A stretch of DNA of 62,858 nt, the filler included, from Choristocarpus tenellus KU-1152 (lineage: Eukaryota; Protista; Phaeophyceae): assembly GCA_964200185.2 (NCBI GenBank). It is 8 parts of 8 records of this genome, joined end to end, with 100 filler letters (N's around TTAATTAATTAA, not from the genome) between each part and the next. Parts side by side here need not be neighbours in the genome. Positions count along the whole stretch, not along the records: positions 10,732 to 14,421 come from CAXNAD020018496.1; positions 14,522 to 24,674 come from CAXNAD020003118.1; 6 more parts are not named here. One strand, given 5' to 3'. A program made the position numbers and the translations under genes. A model generated the notes under the pieces. It searched no databases and was not told the DNA's origin. It was given only the letters and a program-made list of their open reading frames with translations. Shown here in pieces: positions 11,720 to 24,774 of the stretch; the first letter of the stretch is position 1, and the number at the start of each line of letters is the position of its first letter.

Positions 11720-13048
11720 GTACTCCCCATCCATCATAATTTTATCAGCCACATAAAAAGTCTCCATGTCTACCTTCGGCATGTTTTCAAGCTCACCAGA
11801 CTACTGCCTCTTCCTTACTCCTGTGTGCTCCACACTGAAGTCATTCCCCCCTTTGAATCTAAGTACTTGATTGTATACCACAAAAAGGGGCTGCCAAGCC
11901 CTCTTAAGTGTGGATTTATCATACTCCTCATACTGTTTCTTAATGACCTTCACCATCTCCTCAACAGACCCAAACCGCTTTCGCATCATCCGGCATTTCT
12001 AAGACCTGAAGAAGCACAGGTCAATGATATTGAGGTCGGGGGAGTTAGATGACTGCGTCACAAGCCCAATTGACCATCTCTCAGTCTTCCCTACCCCTGA
12101 CAAGGTTTCTGAGTTACCCTTGCCCGTGTGAGGGGTAGCACCGTCTTGCTGAACGACAACGTGCTTCCCCTGCAACCAAGGCATCTTGGTCTTGATTGCA
12201 GGCAGCAAATCCTCCGTGTACCACTTCTTGTACCACAAATGGTCTAAAGCACAGCCCTGCTCATGCACATCCCCCTTTTTATGGTTCTTGTTTGTCCTAT
12301 CTGTTGTTTTTGGCGCACACACACGTCAAACACCAAGCTTTCCATCAAAGCTGTGAGCTGAATCTGGGCGGGCGTTGGCTGCAATGATCATGGTTTGGGG
12401 GACACGACTCTTGTGCTGCACAGTAGGGAACCCTGGATGGTCGCTACTATCCTCATGCGGAGATGCCCAAACCCTTTCCCCATAGTCGTCATGTAAAACC
12501 AGGTTCATCCACATAGATCGTGTTCGCCATGGAGGCGTACACACCACGTTTCTAGTCCACTTGATCGCAAACAAAGTTCATTCTCCATACCGTTTGCTAC
12601 GATTTAAGCTTGGGTTTGATCCAGCGGCGACTCGGCATGGCCCCCATATCATCCAACCACCTGTTTATGGTGCTTGTGCTATAATTCAGCCCCTTGGCGA
12701 CCATCTTCATTGTGACCTGATGCACTGTGGATAACCGATTATCGGAGTTGATACCATGTATTGCGGTCATCTTGGTCGGTGTGAGATCCGAAGGCCACCC
12801 ACTACGTGCTGCCACCCCTAGGTCAAGCGTGTAGCCACAGGCAAGCTGATTGGCGATGTCCTCCCAGAGCCCTCGCATGTAATGCTTGTATACTCCAAAA
12901 TCCATTGGGAGGGTCGGCTCAACATGTCGCGCAGTCTATGCTCACCAGGGACCATCGTGAGGGTGTGCAGCACTACAAGTGTAACCCTGGTATTTAGAGA
13001 CACTTGAGCACCCTTCCTACGCGGTAGGGTTGACAGGGGGGTTGCCAT
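11720..13048 (-). pseudogene. Tc1/mariner transposase (DD39D/DD40D plant/oomycete-type), frameshifted
   Basis: Motifs IYVDE, KSRVPQTMIIAANARP...FDGKLG and QQDGATPH...QSSNSPDLNIIDLCFFRS, with 40 residues between D2 and D3. Split over several frames. No TIRs identified. Confidence 0.85.
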
Positions 13049-14354
13049 GTTGACGTTCTGACCCTCGACGTGCCCAGCTCTTGCCTCAAAATCACTCCTA
13101 AAAACCCTACTTTGACGACTTGAAGCACCTCGAGTTTGTACCTGATGATCCTCGACCCCACAATTTCTGAAAGCTGAGTTTATCAACCTGGTTTCATTCT
13201 GTGGGGTTGTTGTCCGATTCGGCGTCGTTCTCGCTCGGCGAGCCCAGATTTTTTGCGGCACAACTTAGAGCACAGAGATAGTACATCTTTATTATTACCA
13301 ACACACATAGTGTACTTATTCGGGTCGTTTGACCAGTATTAATAATATAATATATAGAAATAAGGGACCTTTCTTCAGCCCGGACGCTGAACTAGTACAG
13401 AAATGTCCTCTCTCCATATAACCTACTCCACACGCTGACGACACAGACCTGTATGAATTCCGAACTAAAAACGTAATAGTACTTTTGAAGTAGTAGTAGC
13501 ATATGGCAGTGTACTGCTGTTGCTGGGGTATGTTTTCAGAGGTTCAAGTATGGTTAGAAATACCATCCAAATAATGGATAGTGTCAGTCGTGGTACAATA
13601 GATAGTGCTTGCTTTGGTCGGTTGCATTTAATATTAATGGGTGTACAGGACAGGATCGGAATGGTTGCATGTGGTAACTTCGATCCTTTCTTCCTTGTCC
13701 CTAGTAAAAGAGTAGCGCAAAAATACGATTCCAGCTTGTTACGGAACCTCCCACTAACCGGTACTTGCGTTCCTCTTCGCCAACTTGCTAAAACTACTTC
13801 CTTCTCCTGCAGTAAATGCTGCATGCAACGGATAACACTAGCCCTAACTCTAACACACACCACCGGCAAGTAGAAGCATAGTACGTGGGATAGTTATGCA
13901 CACAAGATATTGGATCTCAACTTCTCTGGTTCCATAATCGATACAGATACACTAGAGTTAGAGTTACATATCCAAAATCTCCATCTTTTAGATAATAGGT
14001 GGTGACATCATAAGCAATATGTGAGGACAGTAAGACCATTTTGCACATTTTTCATCACTTCTCAAGATCCAACTTGTCTCTGGTCAAGATGTACGAACCA
14101 CTATAGGGCAATATTTCCTTCCCTTTCTTCACTTCCTGCAAGTGGTATACGATGGGCCATCGTATCCCACAAAAATGGTCCTCGATTTACTCTCATCCTC
14201 TGACTTGACGAGGTTTGGTGTGTTTCAGCATTCTTTTAGTTCTTGTCATTTAACACCTTTCAGAACACAAATTAGTGGGTAGGTGTAACGGTGTCAGAAA
14301 CTAATCTTCTAGGTGCTCTACCCGAACGCTGTCATACTAGTGAGCGTGGCAGAT

Positions 14355-14421
14355 AAGTGAAAGTATCTTAGAGGGTACGAGTTTTGCCCTGTTTGTCCGT
14401 TTGGGGCTTGACTTCCCACAG
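14355..14421. mobile_element. MITE family A end, truncated by the contig end
   Basis: AAGTGAAAGTATCTTAGAGGGTACGAGTTTTGCCCTGTTTGTCC. Confidence 0.85.
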
Positions 14422-14521
14422 NNNNNNNNNNNNNNNNNNNNNNNNNNNNNNNNNNNNNNNNNNNNTTAATTAATTAANNNNNNNNNNNNNNNNNNNNNNN
14501 NNNNNNNNNNNNNNNNNNNNN
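14422..14521. other. Artificial contig spacer
   Basis: N44-TTAATTAATTAA-N44. Confidence 0.99.
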
Positions 14522-14651
14522 CCCCCCCTTTCCTCTCCACTCACAGTCCCATCTGCTCCTGCAAAACCTTTACAACCTGAGGCATCCCTGGTCTCCGTCA
14601 ACCCTGGATTTTTTTTCAACGCACTAGTTCCCCCTCCCCAAACACCACTCA

Positions 14652-17285
14652 CCGGCTAGACGTAAAGCACACCTTTCGACCAGTTCGCCCTTGCCCCCCA
14701 GATCGAAGCAACTCAGGCACCAACGACTGCACTCTTCCCCCCCATCCTACTGCATAGCCTGGCACAGAGCTGAGCACCTGGGAGGCTGCCGACAGATGGG
14801 GGCACACTAGCGGCCATGCTGGGGCAACTATGCACAAGGTTGCCGCAGAAAGCAGCAGAGGAGCCATTGCCAGAAGCCTTGCGAGTGCATTCACGGACAG
14901 TGGAGGGTGTGGGGGCAGGAAGGGAAGATGATGGCCCAGAGCAAAAAAGCAGAGTGGATTCATTCCTCTGAGGTGACAAAAGAAACAAAAAGGATATGTG
15001 TCTGCCTGCATTGCTCTTTGTAAGGGGCTATTGGAATTGACCCTTCTAACCCTAACCCTAACCCCTACAGAGGGAGCGACAAAGGAGGTCACAAGTTCTT
15101 ATGTGGCGGAGGCCTCTCTGGAGAGAGCAAAGCCTCCTGTTGAGCTGTGACAGTGTTCACCGAAAGTATATCTGCATAGGTCATCGAGAAGACACAAGTT
15201 ACGCACACACATAAGAAACCTAGGGACCCTCGAGTTCCACGAACCCTCAACTACATGGGGAAAAGCAGAGAGAGCATCTTGAACAGCAAAGCTGTGAGCT
15301 ATGCAGCCAGCCGAGATTAAATTTCAAGACCCAGGAAAAGGAACACCACTGATTGAGGTCAGGCACTCGAATTACACTGCAATCATCACATGAGTCAATT
15401 CAATAGCAATATTCTTTCTCACGGTGTCTTGACCCAGTCATGAACACTCAGCCCTAGGGCACCACTTGAAGATACTGCACTCCCCGAGTCTGCAGGCAGA
15501 GGCGACTGCTGAAGAATCTCTGTTGAAGGTCTATCAGGAGAGACTGAAGAAAGGCTTGAGGCATTAACTGGGGTCCTCGGAGACAAAACCCGAGAAGGAC
15601 TCTGGGGCAATTTGCAGGCTTGACCCGGGCTCGTGACTGTTGAATCTGCAGGAATATTACCATTAGGCTGTTCCAATGTCTTCTGCCGAACACGGGTAAG
15701 GATTGACTCCCTTTGGGCAAAAGGACGCTGAGGGGTTGAGGCAGTAACTGTAGATAGGCTCTCCACTGAGAAGTCCTCTGGAAGCCCTGTGTCCACATAG
15801 GGCATGGGACACAATGGCCTATTATCAGTGTGGGACACAGATGATACAGCTGGAACAAAAGTGAGAACAGAGGGTGACGGCTTCTCTGAGGGAGCGGTTA
15901 GAACCCTCATCTCTTCCATGTCGACCTTCTCTTCCTCCTCCCCCTCCATTTCCTCCCCCTCCATATTCCCATTCAGGTTCTTCTCGGCCCACTCTTGCGC
16001 CTTCCAGCGGCTGGCTCTGAAGTCATCAAGGCTAGGGCTAGGTGACAGTTTGGAGATAAAACCCTCACTCACTCGAGACTTCTGTTAAGTTGAGGAGGGA
16101 AAGAAAAACAGGGGGAGGCGAAGGGGAGGGATATCCCTTGCTTTGAAACTTTGAAGTGTATTTGTGTAGTGGGTGCTTGTGTGACACTGAAATGATGTTA
16201 GTGAATGGTGAATTAAGACTCTATTGAAAGGGAACAAGCCCCAAGACTCATCAGTGACTTTCCTTCGCCTTCCAAGACTAAGCCTTTGACATAAAACTGC
16301 AAACGTGACTACCTTCTCTCTGATGAAGCAGTTGCAAAATATCTTGTCCAAAATGCAAGGACAAACCTTAGATATCTGAGTAGATGAGTCCGTGACGCTT
16401 AGCTCTTTGTGGTCAAGCATCCTGAGCAAAACAACAAAGCAACGGGGGGAGATATTGTGAGGTACTAAGGTGATATTTCTACAATATACCTATACAGTGC
16501 AGGGTTGAGGTGCATTTATTTGTGTACTGATATGGTCATTACAAGGATAAATTGTTGTTTCCAAGTGATTTCGCAAACACAAACTGCTCAGGAGCAAAAG
16601 CACCTAGGAGAGCTTAGCGACATGCAAATGATAGTGCGTGTGCTGACTGTACGATCCATTTATTCAAAGTAAGTTCAGGTTACTAGTCATGGGGCATTTG
16701 AGAACCAGATTCCTGGCTTGAACGAAATAATTAATAATGTCGCCTTTGCAATCCCAAGCGAACGGTCGTGATAACATATATCAGCCATACCATTGTATCT
16801 CCCTCCAAATCACGCATATTGTTGGTGATATTTCGCTGAGTAATTTTCCTCACAACTTACCCTGCACTCATGCGTCCACTCTTCCTCCTTAGTTGATCTT
16901 GGTATCGTTTTGCTTTTTTCTTGCTCTCCTCCCTTTTGCTGAGGAAGGTATTAGAGGGGGTTTCAGAGTTGAGGTGGAAGTTAGACAGTATGAGGTGTCC
17001 TTGTAGTAAGCTTTACGGCAAAAGAGCGTCGAGTTGTAATGACATTTGCCAAAAAAAAAGTGGTGCCTGCCATCAACGGGGACTTTGATCCTTTTGGGGG
17101 GTGATGGTTCAGAGTATTGGGAATATCTGTCGCCATGGAAGAATCTGCAGGGTTGCATATGAATTTGTGATGGTACTCAAGGAGTAGTGCAAATATCGTC
17201 AAGCTACAATCGGTGAGTTCCTTCAGAAATGGTTGGCGGTCAACCTTTTCGTCTCATCAGGGGACGACTCCTTGCGCTTCGGCAT
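14652..17285 (-). CDS. Unknown multi-exon protein: basic N-terminus, Ser/Pro-rich region, possible downstream TM exon; 3' end unresolved
   Basis: Phase-consistent exons 17285-17245 (MPKRKESSPDETK), 16938-16861, 16421-16367 and 16081-15423. A hydrophobic candidate exon near 14880-14652 ends in GTGAGT. No family recognised. Confidence 0.45.
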
Positions 17286-17849
17286 GGTGCTTGCTTCACG
17301 TCTTCTCTACGACTTTTCCAGCGTCAAAGACAGGCTCTCCAGCTAGCAATCTCTTCTCCCAGTCTCTGGCTTTCCCCGCTCCCTTGCCAACTTTCTACTT
17401 TTGGGACTAGTAATGTACTAGGAACACTCCAGTTTGTTGTCAGTTAGTATTTTCGTAGTTGTAGACCAATGTATATGGTGGAGGCAATTTTTTGTTGATA
17501 TTTATTTGGGGTAGAGGCTATCTTTGGCTAATATGGCGGGTTCGAATCTCTTCGTCAGAAGTCTTCTATACACAAGGTTTTTTTAATGGGAAGTATAGAC
17601 GACGAAGCGTAACCAAGAGGAGGTAGGTAATGTTGGACAATGCACAACTGTCGAGAACTATAGAAGATTCCAGAGTGTTCAACAGTTAAAAGATCTCATG
17701 AGAGGGGGAATATCAGAATTCCAACACGTATTTCACGTCTCCATCTCACGAAAGATGCTCCACTGGAATCCGGGATTCTTGACAAGGAACCTCAATTGGT
17801 ATAACGTTATATTGGTGCGCGTTGTATACGGCAATACCGGTATGATAAC

Positions 17850-18114
17850 GGACCGATATCATCCTAGAGGGGGGGTCAGGTGTCCTTTCTGGTCCAGTAT
17901 TAACCTGTATTGATTTTCGCGTCATCTGAGTGAACGTGTCAGATATAAGGAAGTTCCTTAATCGTACCTTCCTTTTCCATCCCCCTACCTGAGCCAAATT
18001 TGAAGGAAAAACTCTTGCAAAACGGGCAACAAACCGGGGCATCTTACAACACCCCATCAAGTCCTAAATGGACAACCTGAGCTAAACACCTCCCCCTCTA
18101 AGATACTACGGCAC
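17850..18114. mobile_element. MITE family C (diverged relative of A/B, ~265 bp)
   Basis: Imperfect TIRs GGACCGATATCATCCTAGAGGGGGG ... CCCCCTCTAAGATACTACGGCAC. Subterminal AAATGGACAA as in family A. Confidence 0.5.
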
Positions 18115-19454
18115 ACGGATAACCCTGCTTTCCACATCACCCCCTCTTCTGATTGGCCTCGAAGCCACGTAAACATGATTCGAGGTCAATCAAAAAGGGG
18201 GTCTCGGAAAAAATGGGAAACGGGTGTGACCATTAGAATACTATTGCATCATTATATTTCACTACATTGGGTGTACCTATATAGGAGAGTTCGATATAGG
18301 AGAGGGTAAATTGCTTTGTCGCGACTTTCAGGCTATAAGAGAGGTTTCGGCGTTTTCCTACCAATTCTCTCTTATATCGAGCAAACTCGCATTTTTTTTC
18401 ACCACTAGATCAGGTTTCTTAAAAAGTCATGTCTAAGTAAAGCAAATATAACAAAGTAAGCCACAAAGCTGCTCGAGATCAGCAGTACACAGAATAGAAG
18501 TATTTTGTCTCTCAGTACTACACACTGCAGTACATACAGTATATCACATCAAGTTTAGACGACTGCAGTGTACAGATATAAAGATGTCCTGAGCAGCAGG
18601 ATCCAGCTTGCAACATATAGGGTGTTACTCCTGATCCGCCACACTATACATGCCATAACTGTCGCGTTTGTAGTGACTATCTTCATGGTATTATTGGTGT
18701 TGTGGATCCTTTTGGTGCCAGCGAAATAGAGCACACGGAAAAATTGTGCGTGAGCCCCACCAAGCACAAGGTTTCAAGTCCTCCAGCTGGTGACAAAATG
18801 GCATCGAAGGGCCATGATAACAAGAACAAGACAAGGGGAAGGTGCTGCCAAATATATCTACGGAGAAAACCACATCATACGAGTCTCGCGGTGCCGACAA
18901 TCCTGAACACTTGAGCTTTGCAGAGAAGGTAGAAGCGTTGACACTCCTGAAGATCATGACGGCAACTGCAGTTGCTCAAAAGTTTGGAATCGGTGACAGA
19001 ACCTCTACGAGTTTAAGAAGGAAGCAACAACCGTCATGGAGAAAGCACCGACGCCGAAGCCTGATGCCAAGTCTACAAGGGGCACCAAACATGGCAAGGT
19101 GCGTCAGCGTGTGGATTGGAAGTCTGAAAGCAGGTTGATTGTGATCGTGATTGGATTGTCTTTCTGCACTGTCTGCTGACGAGGATCATGATTGAATCTT
19201 TTGAAATTTAACTCACGTTTCTGTCATACTGTATTGTCTGCACTGTGTACTGTAGTATCACGGGTGGCCATTTTTCCCGTATAAGGTGTCCCAAAAGCTC
19301 GGGTGACAAGGATGGTGATGGGTTTATGGGAAGGAGCAGCACATCGGGGGCCACGAGGAAAGGAGCAGCCCCTTCAGTGTTCTCGATTCCTTCACCACTG
19401 CACTCTCATGTAGTTGACAAGTTTGCAAGCTAGAAACAACCGCTGAAGAGTGCA

Positions 19455-19712
19455 GAGTGAAAGTACCTTAGAGGGTACGAGTCTGCCCTGTTTGTCCGTT
19501 TAGGGCTTGGCTTCCCATGGGAGTTTTTATGACGTTTTCCTACTCCAAGACGTTTTGGAGTAGGTATAATGTGTAAGTTATGAAAAAGTGTGTCCGGAAC
19601 AAGGATATTAACACTTCCGAACAAACACGATAGCCAAAATTACATCAAAACTGCGACATTGGATTAGGGCCCCCAAATTGACGCGGCTCTACCCTCTAAG
19701 ATAGTTTGGCTC
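19455..19712. mobile_element. MITE family A, full length (258 bp), TGCA target-site duplication
   Basis: TGCA|GAGTGAAAGTACCTTAGAGGGTA ... TACCCTCTAAGATAGTTTGGCTC|TGCA. Confidence 0.9.
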
Positions 19713-20399
19713 TGCAGCACGAACAATGTTTTGTACTATCTCCGGAAAGCAAAGCTGACTCGACTCAGGACAATCGGGGCAAGGGCAATCAAACAAGCGA
19801 ACATTAGCAAAAATATATATATTAGGGACGTTTTGGAGTAGGGCTCACCAAGGGCAATGTTCAGTACATATTTAAATGTAGCTACTCTTGAAGGCACATG
19901 GAAAGCACATACCGCAAGTAAGTGCGTCGCTTCGTCGTCGTTCCGGGACAAGTATAAAGTGCTTAAGGTGGTGCCAGTAGCTTCGCCCTCCTCTTTGGCA
20001 ATTCTGCTTTTTTTCGCCGGAGGGCCGCAACAGATATACAACAATATATATATGAAATGAAAGCTTATGACAAGACCTTTTGAAGAATTGTAGACAGGAA
20101 TGTAGAAACTTCGGTGGACAGGAACTATGTCCCGATAAAAATAATGCAAAAAATGCGGGGGAATATCTCCAGCGCAATTTTCAAGGTCAGGACTTCAAAA
20201 CTTACAAAAATGAAGTGCTTGGCTGAACTCCTTGCAAAAAGCTGATCCGGGGTAAGTCGCTGTCCAAGTTTGGCAGGTGCAGCCCTCATCGAAAAAAACA
20301 AGGTTTTCCTCTTTTAAACACCTTTTGCAGACTTTTTTTGAGCGCACACACACGATGACGTAACTTACACAACAACATGACCCAGAATGGTGAGACAAG

Positions 20400-21430
20400 G
20401 AGAGCCGCGTATAGCACGAGCATTTCTTCCCATGTTTTAGCAAACACAAACATTTATGACAGATGTATAGGGCGAGGATTGTTCTCGTGTTCTAACAAGT
20501 GCGAACAATATACGATATTAGTAACACATAGGTAGCCTTGCAGAATAAATGATTAATTCATAGAAGATATAGAGTAAGATTCGGAATGCATACGTAGCAT
20601 TACAGAAGAAAATGTCAAAGTCCCTAAGAAGATGCAGAATAAAGGTTTATGATTGGAGTACGTGTGTAGTGCAGTTGCATAGAAGACCAAAGAAATTGGG
20701 TGGATGATGAAAATAATCAGAGGGCTTTTTTTGGTGAAACACCTTGGCCCCTGTTACCTACCAGTCTTATCTTTTTATCTTGAACGAAACTTTGAGTCGA
20801 GCTTTGAGCAAAGTACTGAGTGGAATATCAAGAAGAGAAGGAAACCTGACATGTTGCAGGCGAACAGCGCGAGCATTTCTCTCTGCGTGCCAAAATGCGC
20901 GAACAGTATACATATGTAAGAATTCATGTAGGAGGAACTTTGAATTGATAGAAGATGTAGAGTAACATTAGAGATGCAAACATAATCCTACAGAATATAT
21001 GTCAATTCCTGAAAGTTACGGAATAAAGACTTATGATTGAAGTATCTACTTAGCAGTTTGCAGACTTCATTTAACTCTTTGACTGTAGAAAAATGGTGAA
21101 TGATGTTAATAATAGGCTGATGCGGATTACCACACCCTCAGTTCTTTTGATGTACCTCTTTTGATAAAGCAAAAAGCGAGACATTGACTGAACTAAGCAT
21201 CAAATTGACACCGAACGTGGTCGTCATCTGTGGACCCCCCTCGTAGTGTTGTTTTAAGGTTGTTGAATTAGAGTTGTACATCCTGTGGAGGTGAGTTCTG
21301 AGGGGCGCCTGTAACAGACACCCTACAAACTGTTATCAACGGCAACACCCCCATAGCGTCGTTTTAAGGTCGTTGGATTTGAGTTGTACATCCTGTGGAG
21401 GTGAGTTCTGAGGGGCATGCTGTAACACCT
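20400..21430. repeat. Repeat-rich arm homologous (inverted) to 61220-61780, nested in the pogo-like element
   Basis: Shared blocks GCGAG(C/T)ATTTCT, AGTATACA, TAGAAGATG(T/C)AGAG, AGCAGTTTGCAGA and CCTCCACAGGAT. Confidence 0.65.
21235..21427. repeat. Direct duplication, 110-bp period, 2 copies
   Basis: GTTTTAAGGT...GAGTTGTACATCCTGTGGAGGTGAGTTCTGAGGGGC at 21251 and 21361. Confidence 0.9.
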
Positions 21431-22979
21431 TCTCTGTCGAGAGGGGCCGGAAAAACAAGTACCGTGTGCAACTCAGTGCGATGTTAGGTGACGAGAAAGT
21501 GCGAGTAGTGTGGCGCAGCAGCATATCAAAACGAGAAATGGACCACGCGGTCACGACACTGACGCTGAGAGAAGGTGCATTGAAAGCATTAACACACAAA
21601 CGTGGTTGGATCTTCAACCAAGTCAGAGCACTGCTTTGCAGTCTCCGCCGCCTCGGGAAAGCTGGAAGAGAACAGCGAGTCCATCACCAGGTGTGGTACA
21701 ATGATGAAGTCTGTGGCGAAGGGAGAACCAGAGTGGCCGGCCGAAGGCAAGGTTGGAGAGGAGAGCAGTGCCACTACGTGCCATTGTGCTCAGGAAACAC
21801 CTAAGCGAAAACCCAGGTGCAGAATATCTTTGTAGTTGACAGTTGCAGCAGGCCCTAGCTGTTTGGAAGCTATGTGAGCCAGAGTGACTTAGGAAACGAG
21901 ATAGAAGGTGTTAGGGTTTAACTGCAAGGGCTCCGAATCCCGAAAGGAGGTAACGCATTTCCGGCGCTCAACGAGGAAATGCGATAGTAAAGGCTCTAAC
22001 ACTGCGAATCCTGTACCTGTGTATGAACGATGGGAAAGACTATCAAACAGCGCTCGAGATGGCAGCAGGATAGGAGGTGGTCAGGTCGGAAACTGTGAGT
22101 AAATGGGAGAGAGAGAGACTTCCTAAGTAAGGGCCACATCAAGGTGTCGGAGCAAGGGCGCGACGAGAGGCGTTTCGTTCTGGGCCTCGACGAGGACATC
22201 CTTGCCGAGGTCAAAGAGTGTGCGCGCAAACACACAGGAAGAAATGGTAGGGAAGCTTTTTTCCTGTCTAAACTCTATACTTTAATCAAGTAATAGTATA
22301 TCTGTTGCCACTCTTGGTGACCTACAATTCAGGGTTCGAACCCCCATATGACCGCTCTTTCTTCAAAAAAGCAAAAATAGCGAAAAAACGAAGTCCGTAC
22401 TCTGGGCATTGTGACGGGCATCGCAAATATGCTTTTATTTTTTAAATCCGATGTCTGCATCAAACGTTATGACGGGACAACCACAGAGGGCGAAGCTACT
22501 GATACCACTATACGAGAACTGTTACTCGATATAACATAGGTTTCTCTTATCACGATCCCTCGGTTTAAGAGAAAAGCAATCTTATATACAATATGAGAGA
22601 ATCGGGATATAAGAGAGGGTTTTTGGCTTTCCCCTACCTTCTCTTATATAGGTACACCTCCTGTACTTCGTTCATTCAGAATGAACTGTAATATATAAAT
22701 AATATGTCGTTAATGAGTATCTGTTCAGCATATCATTAGCCGAAGCTTTATGATATGTTGTCAGCTCACCTATCAAGCTTATGAGGCCTGAGTGTATGGG
22801 GTCAGCATATCGGTAAGTCTGAACACTAGTGAGGGTGATGGGATGTGGTCAGCATCACATTAAGCTTATGGTCAAGGTCTGAGGGCATGGGATCAGGAAT
22901 GCGCTCAGCCTGAATGTGAGTGGAGAGATTTATGGGGTCAGAATATAGATCTCTTGCATCTTGTAAGAACAGAGGGCAC

Positions 22980-24597
22980 TCAATAATGGGGATATGAGGA
23001 GCAAATGCTTTACGATGTCAATAATCTGCAGACAAGCGTTTGTGAGTTGATGTTGTTAATCGAGTGTTATATGATGATTTTGTTCCACTCCGATTTGTGA
23101 AATCACAGGCGATTGTTCGCGATCAAAAATCAACTCAGCAGACGACAAAATCAATATACGGTTTGTACACGCTTCTCCTTCCTCACATTCTGGTATGATT
23201 TGAAAATATTGCTCACAACGACTGCAGTATTCTAACTGGACTCTAGGACGTACAATGTTGGTGGTTGAACTCTCAACATGATATGAGGTGACCATACGGT
23301 CATCTCATCATGTCGGGAGAGTCATGCCACTTGACAACAAAGAACAAATGTGACTCAACTGAAGTCTCTATCACTTACCTCGAGGTGAACTTGAATCTTG
23401 GTTTTTGAATGGGGTTGGTCATTTCATGGTGATTGATAAGTACCTTTTATGAAAACGCGACATGATGTAATGAACAGCCGCCTCTACCACACACGAGTTC
23501 TAATGATACGGTGTCTTCACCACCATAAATGGTCCATTCATGCAAACGAAGAGATTTGAGAGATAAAATAACGTTGTATTATTACTATATCTAAATGTCC
23601 ACCAACACATATTTAGTCTATTTGGAAAAGATTGATAGACTTGGTAAAGACGAGGTGTCAAGTCAAAGCTGGTTGTGAACAGGCCAACTGAGATCTGCTA
23701 CCAGTTGTCTAATCTCTTCACAAAACAATAGACTATATCCATCTATATGACAACATAACATACAAACGATTTGTCTAACGTAGATGGTCAATCTATGTAA
23801 AGAACTGTGATACGTGGGTAGCACGAAATCTGGGCCAGGACACACGTGTCTTAAAAAGATTGGTTGGGATCTGTCACAGACATGCACTGAGCGGAGCCAA
23901 AGTATCTTAGAGGGTAGAGCCGCGTCCTTTTGCGGGTCAAAATCCAATGTTGTGATTTTGATGTAATTTTGGTTAACGTGTTTGTTAGGAAGTGTCAATA
24001 TCTATGTTTCGGACACACCTTTTCATGACGTATACATTTTATCTACGCTTAAACATTTTGGAGTAGGAAAATGTAATTTTAAAAAAACATGGGAAGCCAA
24101 CCCCCAAATGGACAAACAGGGCAAAACTCGTACCCTCTAAGATACTTTCACTCAGTGATCTCTTTACTTTGAGGATAGGTTATATTATTACGGCAATGCA
24201 TGATGTACCGACTATGCAAGGAAATATGGTACCATTAACTGCAAATTCTCAAGTCAAGATTGTATGGGACGAGAATTTCAAGGCATTGTGGGATCTGTTC
24301 TACTCTTTCATGAAGGTCAAAGAAGGTTCATAGCCACAAAGATGAAGCCGGTAAGTAGTATTTGTGGATGAACGACAACCAGGACCAGGTCTATGTCCAA
24401 CAATGCTGTCAATTAGAGTACTGGTCAAAAGTGGATTCGAGAGACTTGCTGGTCTACATCTGGTAACGACAAAAGTATTCCCAGAAACAAATAATTTAGT
24501 TCATTGAAGTCTGGTGTGGGAAGGTGTAGTACTTGAGGTCAAGTAACGTTTCATTCCACTCAGATGAACGGAAAAAGGAAGTGGGTTTCGAGGTAAT
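22980..24597 (-). pseudogene. Degraded Ty1/Copia-like RT/RNase H remnant
   Basis: Weak broken motifs resembling TRPD and YIxSxxxxADxxTKAL. Many stops; interrupted by a family A MITE. Confidence 0.25.
23894..24153. mobile_element. MITE family A, full length (260 bp), AGCG/AGTG target-site duplication
   Basis: GAGCCAAAGTATCTTAGAGGGTA ... TACCCTCTAAGATACTTTCACTC, with an 18-bp perfect TIR core. The two flanks differ by one CG/TG change. Confidence 0.9.
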
Positions 24598-24674
24598 GAG
24601 TGAAAGTATCTTAGAGGGTACGAGTTTTACCCTGTTTGTCCGTTTGAGGCTTGGCTTCCCATGTTTTTTTTTAT
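24598..24674. mobile_element. MITE family A end, truncated by the contig end
   Basis: GAGTGAAAGTATCTTAGAGGGTACGAGTTTTACCCTG. Confidence 0.85.
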
Positions 24675-24774
24675 NNNNNNNNNNNNNNNNNNNNNNNNNN
24701 NNNNNNNNNNNNNNNNNNTTAATTAATTAANNNNNNNNNNNNNNNNNNNNNNNNNNNNNNNNNNNNNNNNNNNN
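24675..24774. other. Artificial contig spacer
   Basis: N44-TTAATTAATTAA-N44. Confidence 0.99.

Larger units (their letters stand above)
18265..22663 (+). mobile_element. Degenerate pogo/Tigger-like DNA transposon (4.4 kb) with nested insertions
   Basis: TIRs CATTGGGTGTACCTATATAGGAGAG / TTCTCTTATATAGGTACACCTCCTG, flanked by TA on both sides. Repeated subterminal ATATA(A/G)GAGAG motifs. CENP-B/psq-like HTH remnant LSFAEKVEALTLLKIMTATAVAQKFGIGDRT at ~18910-19003. Confidence 0.8.

Noticed and set aside
22300-22360. tRNA or SINE suggested by GGTTCGAACCC (also GGTTCGAATC at ~17539)
   Set aside because: Only a B-box-like motif is present; I could not build a cloverleaf or find a convincing A box.
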